A stretch of 63,056 nucleotides of DNA, the filler included, from Sphacelaria rigidula (lineage: Eukaryota), in NCBI GenBank assembly GCA_964200075.2. It is 6 parts of 6 records of this genome, joined end to end, with 100 filler letters (N's around TTAATTAATTAA, not from the genome) between each part and the next. Parts side by side here need not be neighbours in the genome. Positions count along the whole stretch, not along the records: positions 31,585 to 42,008 come from CAXNAA020006512.1; positions 42,109 to 52,532 come from CAXNAA020006513.1; 4 more parts are not named here. One strand, given 5' to 3'. Below the pieces are notes generated by a model. That model was not told the origin of the DNA. It was given only the letters and a program-made list of their open reading frames with translations, and searched no databases. The translations under genes and the position numbers were made by a program. Shown here piece after piece: positions 31,716 through 44,094 of the stretch (position 1 is the first letter of the stretch; each line of letters begins with the position of its first letter).

Positions 31716-32270
31716 CTACTTTTTCACTGTACGGGGAGTATCGAAGGCTGACGAGTCCACCGACGAGGTGACTACTCGGTACGACTCCATCATTTCCCGA
31801 CACTGGGGAACGTCTCTATGATGCTTCCAAACTCCCAGAGCTGGTAGATGACCTTTCAACAAAAGGTGGTACTGGAAATTGGTCGGTGACGCGGTGCCAA
31901 CTCCGCGCTTGTGATCGTCAATGCCTTCGACCATGTAGGGACCCAGCTTGACAGCATCGAGGAAACCTTCGAGGGCTGGGACTGGTGACGGTTGCACCTA
32001 AAACAAAATGTCGTCACAGGCTGGAAGATCGGGGACAGACAGGTTGAGGGTGGGAGATACTTTTTTGACCTTCCGACAAGAACGATGATAGGACATATAT
32101 CGCCGTTTTTACTGACGCAATAAATGACTGGACAACTGTGCACGGACCGTACATGGACCGCTCCACGGGCTGGTTAGTTTGGGATTTGGACCATCAGTCG
32201 CCGTGTAGGGACGGTAGAGCAGGACTTGCTCTCCCCTTTTGAATTGGGGCAATCGTCGATGCCAATAGAA
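31716..32270 (-). mobile_element. Ty3/gypsy pol 3' remnant: integrase GPY/F region plus chromodomain-like tail
   Basis: FKRGEQVLLYRP...PKLTSPWSGPCTV (GPY/F motif) is followed after frameshifts by YMVEGIDDHK...QYHLLLKG...GVW...QCREMMESYR. Confidence 0.75.
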
Positions 32271-32551
32271 GACACAGGCCTGTGGACAGTGAGTGTGACT
32301 CATCCTACCCGGACGGTGGATGTGTATAGGTTGTAGCTTCTCACTCGGTGAAGGGGTACAGAATGTGCAGAGCCGCGGCGTGGACTTGAACGGGAAGGAC
32401 TTTGCAAGGCAGAGCTTGGGTTGAAATTCAGAGTGCCTGAGTAGGGGGCTCCGACGGGGAGCCTCCAAGACGGGAGATGACGATCCCAGACTGGGGATTG
32501 GAGGATGACAGCATAGGTGACAGGCCCGGGAAGACTGTCTGGGTTGACTTC

Positions 32552-32585
<34 letters not shown>

Positions 32586-33109
32586 CTTCACATTAAAAAC
32601 CGTTCCGATGTCTGCGCGGTACATTCGTACTGGGCGTCTGATGCGGACGCCTTCCGTGGTAACAGGCTAGCAAAAAGCCCAAAAAACAAAATAGACCCAG
32701 ATTCAAAAACTCACAAAACGCGATACAAGCAAAACAGGAATAAATAATACTGAAGAAAGGGAGTACTTTGACTAGCGCGGGGTTATTAGTAAGCAGGTCG
32801 GGTCATAAGAGGTCATAATAACATATGCCACATTCGGGGTTCATAACAGCTCTTTTCTCGCTACACGAAACTCCTCTTTTCATGATCATGTGGATGCTGG
32901 GCATCTATACAGAAAATCGTTCAAGAGAACCCCGGACCGGTTTTGACCGTGCAGTCAAAAGCGTTCAAAGTCAGTATGTGTGCGCTACGTCTCCGCTGGA
33001 TACAACGGTAAGCAACAGTCAGCGTGCCATCGGGTATAATTCGACCCCGTAGTAAACGTTTCTAAATCTATTTTTCAAGCCCTGTACAACTATGACTGAC
33101 AACGAACTA

Positions 33110-33385
33110 AGTTGTTTATCGACCAACTGCCGGCTAGTTGTTTCCAAACAACTAGTTCCGCGCGATTATGTGCGATTAGTTATTAGGAAAAATACCCAGT
33201 TGTACACTATTCTGAAGGAGTAGTAGTTTGGAAACAACTAGTTGCGCACGATTTTGGAACAGTACCTGTGTGGAAGCAACTAGTCGCGCACGATTCTGAA
33301 CAGCTGGTCGTTTGGAAAGAACTAGTTGCAGTTGATTCTGAACAAGTAGTTGTTTGGTGACTCGGGTAGTTGTCAACATCGTGGA
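33110..33385. repeat. 42-bp minisatellite with internal palindromes
   Basis: 'caactagt.gcgcacgatt.tg' variants at 33149, 33193, 33236, 33278 and 33320; hairpin ctagttgttt-cc-aaacaactag at 33134-33155. Confidence 0.75.
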
Positions 33386-34516
33386 ACAACTACACTTGGA
33401 CTGTTGGCTAAGGTCGAGCTGACGCATGGACATGTGAGCACCCCACGCACTCACACACAAACATACAAACACACGAGAGACCAAGCGCACCGAATGGCAG
33501 CTGTGCCACCAGCCGCCCCTACCCCAGCACCAGCAGCAGATGGTGGCTAGCAAACGTGTTTGTGTTTCGATGTCGGAGGGGGACCATGGTTGATCAAGCC
33601 AGCTGGACGTGATGCATACGTGAAACAGCAGAAAAGCCTAAACCTTGAACGAGTCATGCTCGCGCCCCGAATGACGCATGCCTGTGGTTTGCATCACACC
33701 GCATACTGCTGTCTTTTTATTTATGCAGGAATAGGCCGGTCTGATTTTTCTGGTATATTCCTGTCCTGCGCAGATACGAGTTCACACCACTAAAGCCTCG
33801 AACACAACTCCGGCTATGTCACGCTCTTCGGCTGTCAATGGCGGTCAGTATGATATCATGTGTGCGACTATTGGGTAGGTATTGCGAAAGGCATTTGCTG
33901 ATGACACAATTTTGGGTGATGAGCGTGAACTAGCCTATATACCGGCTCAAGTTGGGGTATTTAAAGAGTATGTAAGAGGAATGTTATCGGTAAATGCCCT
34001 TCCGAACCATACCGGAGTGTTCAGAACAAGGCTCGATACCCTGCCGGACCATACTGTAGTGTTCGATACATATTCCTATACGGTAATCAATACTGTGACA
34101 ACCACAACTCTCCTCTTTCGCCTCCTGCATTCCCTAAAGAACACATCCTCGGAAGTTTTGATTTTCACATGACACGTTTCACCACTCTCTTGACTTGTTT
34201 CTGTACGAGCTGGGCCGGCCAACATACCTTACTTTTTTTTTTTTAAGATAGATGGCGCGGGGCTGAATTTGAGGAGTTAGGCCACTTCTTTTATGTTACA
34301 AACGAGTTTGTTGAAAATCGCCTTTTCGGCCGTTTTCCGTCATTTTTCGGCCGAAAAGAGGGTTTAGCGGATGTTGACACCCTGGAATGATTTGCTGTAC
34401 TCGTTGAGACCGTTCCATGGCACCTGTCATCACATCGGGTCTGTGCCGCCGTCCACCACATTGAGGACCTGGAAATACTATTATAGTTTCCGCTCGACAT
34501 TACAAAAAAAATCATG

Positions 34517-34870
34517 TGTACTCAATATCGAGTGGCTTACGGGCTGACCGGTCATCGGGGGTCCTGTACTTTTCAGCCAGATTCTGACTCTTTCGTTATT
34601 TCTGTAGATCGAGCCTGTACCGACTGTATTCGTGAAGAAATAATGAGGCATGTCTGTTTTTTTTTTCACCGACTTATTGCACACTAAAGCCGAATATCTG
34701 TGCTTCACGCTCAGTAACACCCTCCTGATATACGGGGTATCTACGCGTATCGCCCAATAACATCGACTGACACCAACTTGGGCACTAGGGGGGAAAAGGC
34801 GACCTGTTTATTTACCAAAATTTGTCGACGGTAGCAAATTCGAGTTCTATCGAAGAGTTTACACGAGAAC
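34517..34870 (+). repeat. Dispersed repeat (part of a non-autonomous element), homologous to 46293-46645
   Basis: Shared blocks 'cttacgggctg.cc..tcatcgg.ggtcct', 'gatcgagcctgt', 'acttgggcact' and 'ttcgagttctatcgaagagt'. Confidence 0.75.
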
Positions 34871-35708
34871 AATCCCAACTTGGGCGGTACTAAATAAAAA
34901 AAAAGGGAAGAAACGGCCAGTTTTTTATAACTGGACTGCTGTTGAAAAATGCGAGTTTGGCAAGAAAAAAAGAGTGTGACCTGCGGAAAACGTAAACGTG
35001 CCCTGAAACGGTCTCGACGAGTGTACTGCGCCATTCCAAGGTGTCAGCATCCGCCTAATTCTCTTTTCGGGCGAGGACGACGGAGAAGGACCAACAAGAT
35101 GTTTTTGACATATAAGGGGTGGCTTTAGGCCGTTCCTTATGACAGGCAAGAAAAAAAATCTGGAAAAACACCTTTATGGAGCTTATGCGCCGTTTTCACC
35201 CTAAAGAGAGCTAGACGGATTTCTACACCTGGGAATGCCTTACTTAACTCGTTTAGACGATTTCGGCACCCCTGTGCGTTTTTCCGGTGGCACAGGGCCC
35301 AGAGATCTGGCCAAAAAATATGAAATGCAACAGTTTTAGACCAATCAAGGCCGTTCAACGCGCGAAAATGCGGAGGCGGGGACGTTCCACTAATCACATG
35401 AGAGCTACGAGTATGAAATTCACATGAGCTGCAAAAATGTTTTGATTGGCCCACACGTTGCGCCGCTACGACACAGACAGTTGCGACGATCAATCGCTGA
35501 GGGTACAGCAGTCCGTGCTCGCTCAGTTTGTTTGCTCCAACCTGCAGGCACCCGCTTTGCATGTCTTCCCCGATCACAGCACCCGACTACAACTGAAGTA
35601 CCGAAGAAGGCACAATGGAAAGCTGCACGGCCATCACGTCATTTTTTCATCGTGTATAGATGGCACTTTGGTCCCACCCCAACTTTCTACACGTCGTACA
35701 GATCAGCT

Positions 35709-36690
35709 CTCTGTAGCTCGAGCTAGCTCTATTTTAGCGTGGCCCCCTAGTGAGCTATGAGAGCTGTATGAGCTACGCACGTTTGCCCTGGATGAGCTAC
35801 GTCCGATAGCTCATCCGTTCACATTCGCTTCGGGTGAGCTATCAGACGTAGCTCATCCATCCATGTTTGCCGTGGATGAGCTATGAGAGCTACATGAGCT
35901 ACGCATGATTGCCCTGGTTGAGCTAAAGAGCTGCCGGAGCTACGCCGATCTTCGAGCTGTTTCTGTTCCGATGCTCGTGCGCGTTGATATTTTACGTACG
36001 TGACGACTGTTAGATGTGCACACACCTGTGTTCCATTTCGTGTAGCGTCGGATTTGCTTTTTGTAAACATCAACATGGCTGCATCAGAAGTCATACGCAT
36101 CATAGCCACCACACACACACACACACACACATACACACACAATTCGCCCTGCATGACGACCGCGGGGGAGGCAGCAGCTCTAGTGGCGCTTCAGTCGGAA
36201 ATGAATGAGGATTTTTGTTGACTTCTTTTCTTCCTATTGCGAAGAGTGAGGCGGAACACCACAACCTGATGTGACGCCATCCGTTCGAACAAGAACATTA
36301 CATCATGAGCGACACCGGGTTGGTCAGCAGCGAGGTAGGCACATGACGTGAGTGAGCTACTGGGATTAGCTCATCCGCTCATGTTTACCCCGGGTGAGCT
36401 GTGAGAGCTGCGTGAGCTACACATGTTTGCTCTGAATGAGCTATGAGAGCTGGATGAGCTCTACACATGTTTGCCCTACGTGCGCTGCCAACCCGTAGCT
36501 CATCAGCTCATATTTGTCCTGGGTGAGCTATGAGAGCTGCATGAGCTACGCATGTTTGCCCTGGATGAGCTACCAACCCGTTGCTCATCAGCTCATATTT
36601 GTCCTGGGTGAGCTATCGGGCGTGGCTCACATGTCCATGTTTGACTACACGCGAGCTACGGCCAGCAGATGAGCTAGCGCATGAGCTGTC
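35709..36690 (+). mobile_element. DNA-transposon end with GAGCTA subterminal repeats (family of 13495-14288)
   Basis: Starts CTCTGTAGCTCGAGC. GAGCTA clusters at 35712-35945 and 36350-36690. An 85-bp direct repeat (gctcatcagctcatatttgtcctgggtgagcta) at 36498 and 36583. Confidence 0.6.
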
Positions 36691-37242
36691 CGACGTGTGC
36701 AACTTTGTACAGACTGCAACATGGTAGCAGTGCAGCGTTTCAGACTATCTCTAGCGCAGATAAAATTATGTTCATTGCGGGTTCAAATGCACCGTAGCGC
36801 AGCGATAGCTACAGTACAAGAGTGATGAGGTGTGGGCCGCGCCTTGTTCGCTTTACGGAAGACAAAACAGCCAACACACCATGACGTTTTCAAGAGACAA
36901 CGTGTATGTAGACAGCATCGTGTGCCGACCAACATTATTTTCTTCAGAGGCGAACACAACGACAGTGGAGCAGCTGAAGCAGTCTCAGCGGAGGCCAAAC
37001 AATCTCCGTAAGGTCTAAACATACAGCAATACAGTGACACCTACAGCATGAGAGACGGCGTGAATGTGTTTGTGCTACAGTACAACAGTGCAACAGGACA
37101 TGTCCCGTGTTCTGGTTTTCCCCCTCATTTTCAACGGATCCTCAATGTCACATTTTTCGCCGGGTGCTGATTATGAACGCCCGGCCATGATTGCGCTTCG
37201 CGTGATTTCACTTTGAGTTACCTCTATCTTCTTGCCCAAACT

Positions 37243-37430
37243 CGCATTTTTCTCGGAGACTGGTCATGTTACTCGGAGACCGATGAAGAGCAGGACTGTT
37301 TCCGAGATTTGTCTGAACTTGACTTGCATTTTTCTCGGAGACTGGTCATATATCTCTGAGACCGATGATGGCCAGAATTTTTTCCGAAATTTGTCTGAAC
37401 TTGACCGGTGTCCGAGAAAAATGCAAGGTT
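37243..37430. repeat. Tandem duplication of about 83 bp with an inverted end copy
   Basis: 'gcatttttctcggagactggtcat...gagaccgatga...atttgtctgaacttgac' occurs twice, then inverted 'tccgagaaaaatgc' at 37411. Confidence 0.7.
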
Positions 37431-38189
37431 GGCCAAAAAAAAGACTGCGATCACCGCAAAAATGCACAGGTGTGCTGGAACAGTCCCAACAAGTAGAGCA
37501 AGGCATTCCAAGGTGTAAAGACCCGCCAAGCGCTCTTTTAGGGCGTAAAATGACGTGGAAGCTCCAACGACGCATTTTTTCGAGATTTTTATTTTTGTCT
37601 GCCGTAAGGAGCGGCCTTAGTCGCTGAATTTTTGACAAATTTATCGTCAAGACGCGAAGTATAGTGCGGGATGTGAAGAAGAAAAGAAAATAATAAGAAG
37701 TTAGGGCGATTCGAAATTTTAGCAAAAACTAGAAAAATGCAATAACTCCGCGACAAAGCAAAAAATGACCGTATGCCGCGACTCGAATCTTCTACTTGCG
37801 CGCGAAGATCCCGGTAAATTTTTGGGCTAAGAGCTCGTAAAATTAAGCCGCGCGTGGAACTTTTGGTGTAACACCGCTGCACCTCGGTGGTCCAACCGAT
37901 AGAGGAGCCTCCAATTACACAGGTCACGAATTCTCTCCCCCACACGACCATCTTTTCCCCCGTGAGCTGGCAGATATTTTTCTTTCCAACGGTGAGAAAG
38001 GACGATCACCATCGGGGAGTGGATCGAGGAGAAGCGTTGCAGCCCAGTCCGAGTTGGATATTTGTGCTTGTGCTCGTGATATGTGATGGTCGGCTCGGAG
38101 GTCCTCTCCCATGATGGAGCTGCTGACGATCTTGATGCAATCTCGCAGCATTCCCAGTGCACTTTTGACAGTGAGTATCGAAGTTGTTA

Positions 38190-39558
38190 TACGAGCTGCA
38201 CCAACCTAGACGCGGATTTAAGCTCTCGCAGCAATATGTCATCGACACAGACGTTTTGGGCCGTGATCCGCGTATCGTATTAATCGTCTGGTCAAGGGGA
38301 AGGTGCCCATCTGCTCGAAGGTGCTATCAGCAGCGACGATTGACCGTTGTAAGTTGTGTGCACAGCGAGTCTCATCACGTGACACCGACAACTTGTGCTT
38401 GTGCGATAGCCCTCCCCCCAAAGCAGCCGAAAACTGACAACTGTCACGAAAAAAATGGTCGTGCAGCACCCGATATCTGGTTTCAGGCTGCATGAAGCGC
38501 CTCTCGTGGGCAACATTGGGCCGTTTTTTCTCGTTGATTGAAACCCATTTCCATCAGTGTTTTCTATACCGTACGGAGATAGCATGTATACCAAAGTCTA
38601 TATGAAACCCCGAACGATACATTCAGCGGATGATGATGGTTTCTGATGTGGACATTCCCTGGAGCACGGGAAGACGATCGATGCCCTCACCTTTGCCTAA
38701 TTCGTTATCTATCTCGAGATATGGCGCACGTAAGGTCCTATATTGAAATCAAAATATTTCGAGCAGAGGCACCAAATGCACTAAAAATCTGGATATCGCA
38801 TCTCGGCTTTTGAGATTTGTGCTTTGAAATTTATCAAGGAGAATCACTAGTGCATAATAAAAAAAGCAGTTTTTCATTCTCACTTTTTTGTTTTTCAGGG
38901 GAGTTTCAAGGGAAATAGGCGATGCTCTCGGACCTCATGTCAATGTTTCAGCTCAATTTTCAAGAGTGTGGGTTGAAACTGATTATGGAGAATGGCAAAG
39001 ACATGCAGAAGGAAAATCAATGGACCTCTTTTTTGTTTTTGGAAAGGTATGGGCGTTCTCGTGAAAATATGATCTTTATACTAAAACGTCCTGAACGAGG
39101 GAAAAAAAAAAAGCAATGTTTCCAACTGTTTTGGTTCATCATGGCATAGTGTGATGTCCTATACAAAATTTCAATTCACAAATACTAAACCTGGGCAAGT
39201 AAGTGGCCTGCACAATACTGTTCCGAATTTATACCTGCCAAGTTTATGAAAGGCTCATTCGCAATTTAATACTTGGAGGTGGACCCTCAAATTTGTTATG
39301 GACATTCAATAGAGCATAATTAAAAAAAAGGTATTCATGATCCCATTTTTTCATTTGAGTCATGAGTTAAAGGCCATAATCAGTTTTCAGGTTTTAGTAA
39401 AATGCCATTAAATCATGGAAAAATAAAATCTTTGGTCCATGCATACTTTTTTTCATTATGCCCTGTTGATTGTCCATACCAAATTTTAGGATCCAATTCT
39501 AAGTATTACTGCAAATGGGCCTGCAAACTCCACCGCTTTTAGGCTGGCCCAGGTCGTA
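38190..39558. mobile_element. Non-autonomous TIR element flanked by TA (Tc1/mariner-like), long copy
   Basis: TA|CGAGCTGCACCAACCTAGA ... TTTAGGCTGGCCCAGGTCG|TA. Internal blocks are homologous to 48849-49691. Confidence 0.65.
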
Positions 39559-42008
39559 CGTAATTCCGCCGCGTTTTACAAAAAAAACTCTGAAAACGCC
39601 ATCACGCCACGATATGAGACCCTACTCGGTACTCAATGCAGTACAATAACGTCATCGCCATAACTGCGCCAATTGGAGCAGCGGCAGAGCCGTACGTTAA
39701 CAGGCAGGTCTGCAGTTCACGGCGGTATACTTGAATCGGGGTGATTCGGGAAACTGAGGGAGTTGTGGTGTGTCCACGGTTTCTACGCTTCACGACCGAC
39801 CCAGCTCGTACTCCTGTGACTAAATTCGGGAAAAAAATGACTACTCCGAGTCGAACTCAGAGTCGACTACTTACGAACCTAAAGTCGAGTCCTCCGGCTG
39901 ACTTAAAAAAAGTAGCGACGATTCGGAGTTAGTTGAGTTTCACAACTAAATTCCGATAACGTCGACGACTCCGTCCTCTGATCGATTGATCGAGTGATAG
40001 ATGGATCGGTTGGTTGTCGCACATTAATTGATCCCCGAGAGATCCAGCCGTGCTCACAAGATGAGGTCATGGAAGGTGAAAAAAGCGGAAACGCTGAAGG
40101 AACCCCCAGGTATGCAACAGTCAACGAATGATGGGAGAAGATACCGTTGGAAAACTAGAGGCGAAAATACAAGAGGAAGAAAAAAGAGAAGAGGAGAAAA
40201 AAGGGATACTCGTAGTAAGAACACGAAGGACTGATCCCGATGAGAGAAAATAGTGATATTCGTACGAGCTGGGTCACGCTCATCGCCCCAATTTCATTTA
40301 CATCAGCGAATGCCTTTTGCATCTTCTACCGAAAAGTCGCATACATGGAATCATGCTGAACGCCATGGACGACTGAAAAGAGAGACATCACCGGATTTTT
40401 CGTTCAAGGCCACGGGGGGTGTCTTCCCGAGACAAAAAATAGCGAGCAAAAGAAGTATGCTAATTGGTCGGCGCGGTACTTCCCTCAAGAAGAATAGCGG
40501 CGGCGCTTTTGCCCCCCCTTTCTTTTCCGAGCTATTGACCAAGACTTGTTTGGGCTACAGTATTCGCCATGAAAGGCAACACGAACCAATGGTACAGATA
40601 TTGCACCCTTGCCGCAGTACACCTTCCACACATAGCCCGGACCTCAGGCGCAAGCTCACTGACGGATAGGCGATAAACAGCTTGAGCCGTAGGTATTGGA
40701 TCAACTGAGCACGATGGCTTTTGGCTCGAGAAAAATCGATTCAAAATTGAATGAAACCCTATGACTTCTGCTGGACGGGCGTCGTATAACGTGTATAACA
40801 TACCCACAACGACCGACTACTCCATCGTGAGCAACGCTTGTTGCACGCACACGGCTGCCCCTATTCCAATACCGCAGGAATGAACGTGAAACAATCAATT
40901 TGTAGAGATGAGTAAGAGCTAGCACTAGGTGCGATGCGCTCGTGTTTTGGATGTCTGCGTGTTTGATGGGGTTTGGTTGTGTAGGTGTAATGTGGTTCAA
41001 TCCCGTGGTTTAGTCCCGCCCGCTGAGATTTCCAAATCTGCTCCCTACTTCGTCCGGTGCCGAAATAATCATTCTTCTTCCAAGGAAGTCCGCTTTGTTT
41101 TCCCTTTTCAGGGGGCCCGAACTGGTTATTGTGGGCAGACAGGCTGCCTTGCCCCCCTTTTTTCTCTTCCTTTTTCGACTCGATGAGACATGGTCATGGG
41201 GGTGGCGGCGCTACTGGCGAAAATGTGCCTCGACCAATTAGCGGCCTCTAAGTTATTCCGAAATAAAGAGTATGAAACCCCAATACAATTTTTACTCAAT
41301 CTCCACATGCTTCAAATCGCAGTAACCGTCATCAGCTCGAGAATCTAGCGGGAAAAACGGATTTGCAAGAAAGGTTCCATGTAATCAAATTACACATCAA
41401 ACTGTGGTGTTCCGGTAATGTCCGATTTCGGTGTCGTCGGATTTCCGCTGGTGATGGGCATCAAAGACCCAAAAAGCTTCCTGGCCGTTTCCCTTATATA
41501 TTTTAAACGAGAGCTCCTATCGCCCCCAAACTTGGCAGTTCGGAAGATATCGGTGCTCCAAATGAAAGCATGTATTGTTGAAGAATATTTGAAAGTCGTG
41601 TTATTCCTTAAGGATGTTACTGGTATTCGCAGGTAGTCGTTTTCTTCCTTGGCCCAAAGAATTGTCGAGGAGAGGGGCGTGTGAGCTTGACCTCCCATCA
41701 GGCGTTTTGAAGTAGCTCGTTAAACTCTTTTTTCTCCCAACATTTGCGAAAATGGTCAAAGCGCACGAAAGACATCCGTCGTACGGAAGGTTGTTGTCGT
41801 TAGCAACAGCGTTTAACACGCACGCGGGAAATATACCAAGGTAAGACTCGTTTATGCTATCGTATCCTTGGAATACCGATAATAGAGTTTCGGAAAAAAA
41901 ACAGAACTCAGGGATAAAAGCGAGAACGACTGGATTGTTTACGTTTAAACCCCAGGTTTGTTTTTATTTATTTTCACCACGTAGGTGTGGACCGTGGCCA
42001 ACTTTTCA

Positions 42009-42108
42009 NNNNNNNNNNNNNNNNNNNNNNNNNNNNNNNNNNNNNNNNNNNNTTAATTAATTAANNNNNNNNNNNNNNNNNNNNNNNNNNNNNNNNNNNN
42101 NNNNNNNN
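42009..42108. other. Artificial contig linker
   Basis: N44-TTAATTAATTAA-N44. Confidence 0.98.
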
Positions 42109-43149
42109 AGCCCAAGAAAATCGCCAATTACGAACTAATCACAAAATGCCACAAAATGAATAGTTAGACCGCCCACTACTGTAGAGCATCAGCTCTCAAC
42201 TGATCACAAGGGTATTATTAAACATCAACAGTTACGTTTATTCTATAAATCAAATTCCACCCTCTCTTTTTTTTCATTTTTGGTCTCGATAACAAGACGG
42301 GGATTTGATACGAGCAAAGCAGTTTTTCATGCAAGCATCCTGGGATGTATGTTTCATGCTTGAATTATATGATAGTGTTGTTTTGTGCTTTCCCGCGTTG
42401 CTTCTTTTTTAGAAGCTCTGTTTGTACATCCTGGTGTTCCTCGCTGCTGGGATTATGCTTGCAACGTGGCGTGTACTTGTAAAATTAGCCGGGGCATGAT
42501 GCAAGGCCGGCCTACTTGCAGGCATGACTCAAAGCGGGAAACGCGAATGACTGAATTGGCTGCCCTCGGCTGGCCATAGCCTAAAAATGTCTGATCAGAC
42601 GAAAATGTTTTTGGGGGGAGAATAGTACGGCGGGGGTGTCATGTGCGGGGAAGAGAATGGGTGGGCGTGTCACGAGTATCTCTAGGCTTGTTTCTCAGCA
42701 GGAATGCGCGTGAGCACCTGTTTGGATTTTTCGACATTTTATATTGATCGTATTCTCGTGGCTGCCGATTCAGGTTCCCGGAAAAAGAAAATATGGGGTC
42801 ATGAAAACATTTTCACAACTTTTAAAAATACGTTTCAAGTGAAACCATCATCGAGCGCTCTCGAGGGAATTGCACACGTTGTTACACAGGCACATTCATT
42901 GCTTTTGTTGTGGCTCTCAGGTTTTCGTTGGGATCGGTTATTCGTATTCTTACGTTTGTTTTCCTTCCCGCCCCCTTTTTGTGCGGTGTGGGAGAACGTC
43001 AATTCCGTGCAAAGGGAATTGTCATCTTATGTACTGTTCAAATGGCGGGATCTCCATGAGGCAGTGTGTAAGCCATGGCTGTCTCTGGAAGTGGCGATAC
43101 CAGAATTCAAAATAAAGCAGCTCATTGTAGGCTGTCATCCAATTACAAG

Positions 43150-43362
43150 GTAATCAGTACGTTCGGGGCCGAACAATCTTAGCAGGATGCAGCTCACCCT
43201 TCATCCGACTCGCCGAACACATCACGGCGCTTCGCGCTGGGTGATCGATCGCAAGCCTGGTCCGGCGAAAACCCGGCGTCCTCCGTCCCGGCTTTGTAGG
43301 GGTGCGAGGTCAATGGTCATGTGACTATGGCATGCAAGATGATGAGTACACCCCCACTTTTT
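43150..43362 (-). repeat. Fragment homologous to the decayed ORF at 52635-52712
   Basis: 'ctccgtcccggc.ttgtaggg.tgcgaggtcaatgg...tgactatggcatgca.gat.atgagtacacc' at both 43281 and 52635. Confidence 0.75.
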
Positions 43363-44094
43363 TGCGATTGTTTTGGTTTTGTTCACCGTACAGTATTGGG
43401 CACGTCGTATTGTGACTATTAAGACGGCTCGATCCCTTGGCGACCTGTCAATGTGCAGGAACCAATCGCTCCATCAGTCAATTAACCAATCAAATGCCAC
43501 ATATATCTATAGTGTATGTTGGCTTGGGCGTTTCGCTGCGGCGGGAAGATTACACACTCTGGACAAGAGACTATATTGTCAACAAGTGGACTGCGTACAT
43601 TGTGGAATCTAGTGTCTGTTGCAATAGGCGCGACAGTCCGTACTGTACGTAAAACACTTTTTGATCATGTGTAATCTATTGTCAGTGTCCAGGGTGTGGG
43701 ATATTATCGCGCGTACGGTCTACTGCACTAGGCGCAATAGGCAATAGTGTACGCGGTACACTTTTTGACACTGTAAGTCTAGGGTGTGGAAGATTACCGC
43801 CAATTAGCGATGCAGTAGCTGTGCGCACCCCCCCCCAAGTCTAGCGCGACTAGAGCGGGCAACCGAGCATTACCCCGCACCCCGGCGCTGCAAGAGCAGT
43901 TGCTGGAGAGAAACGGGAGCAAGTCAGGCGACCGACAAAACGGCACCAAATGAGAGCCCTGGTTTCCATACTTTACCGAAGTACGCACCTAAGCGCGGGG
44001 GTGCTGAGAGTGCATCTTCGGCTATCGAGATGACTGAACCTGAATGAACAACGTCACATTGTTATTTGTTCTCCCTTGCTCGATATCCCCACAG

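Noticed and set aside
42921-42960. CAG|VFVG as an upstream EndoU exon (FEHVFVGE motif)
   Set aside because: The next residue is Ile, not Glu, and no GxHNW follows; probably chance.
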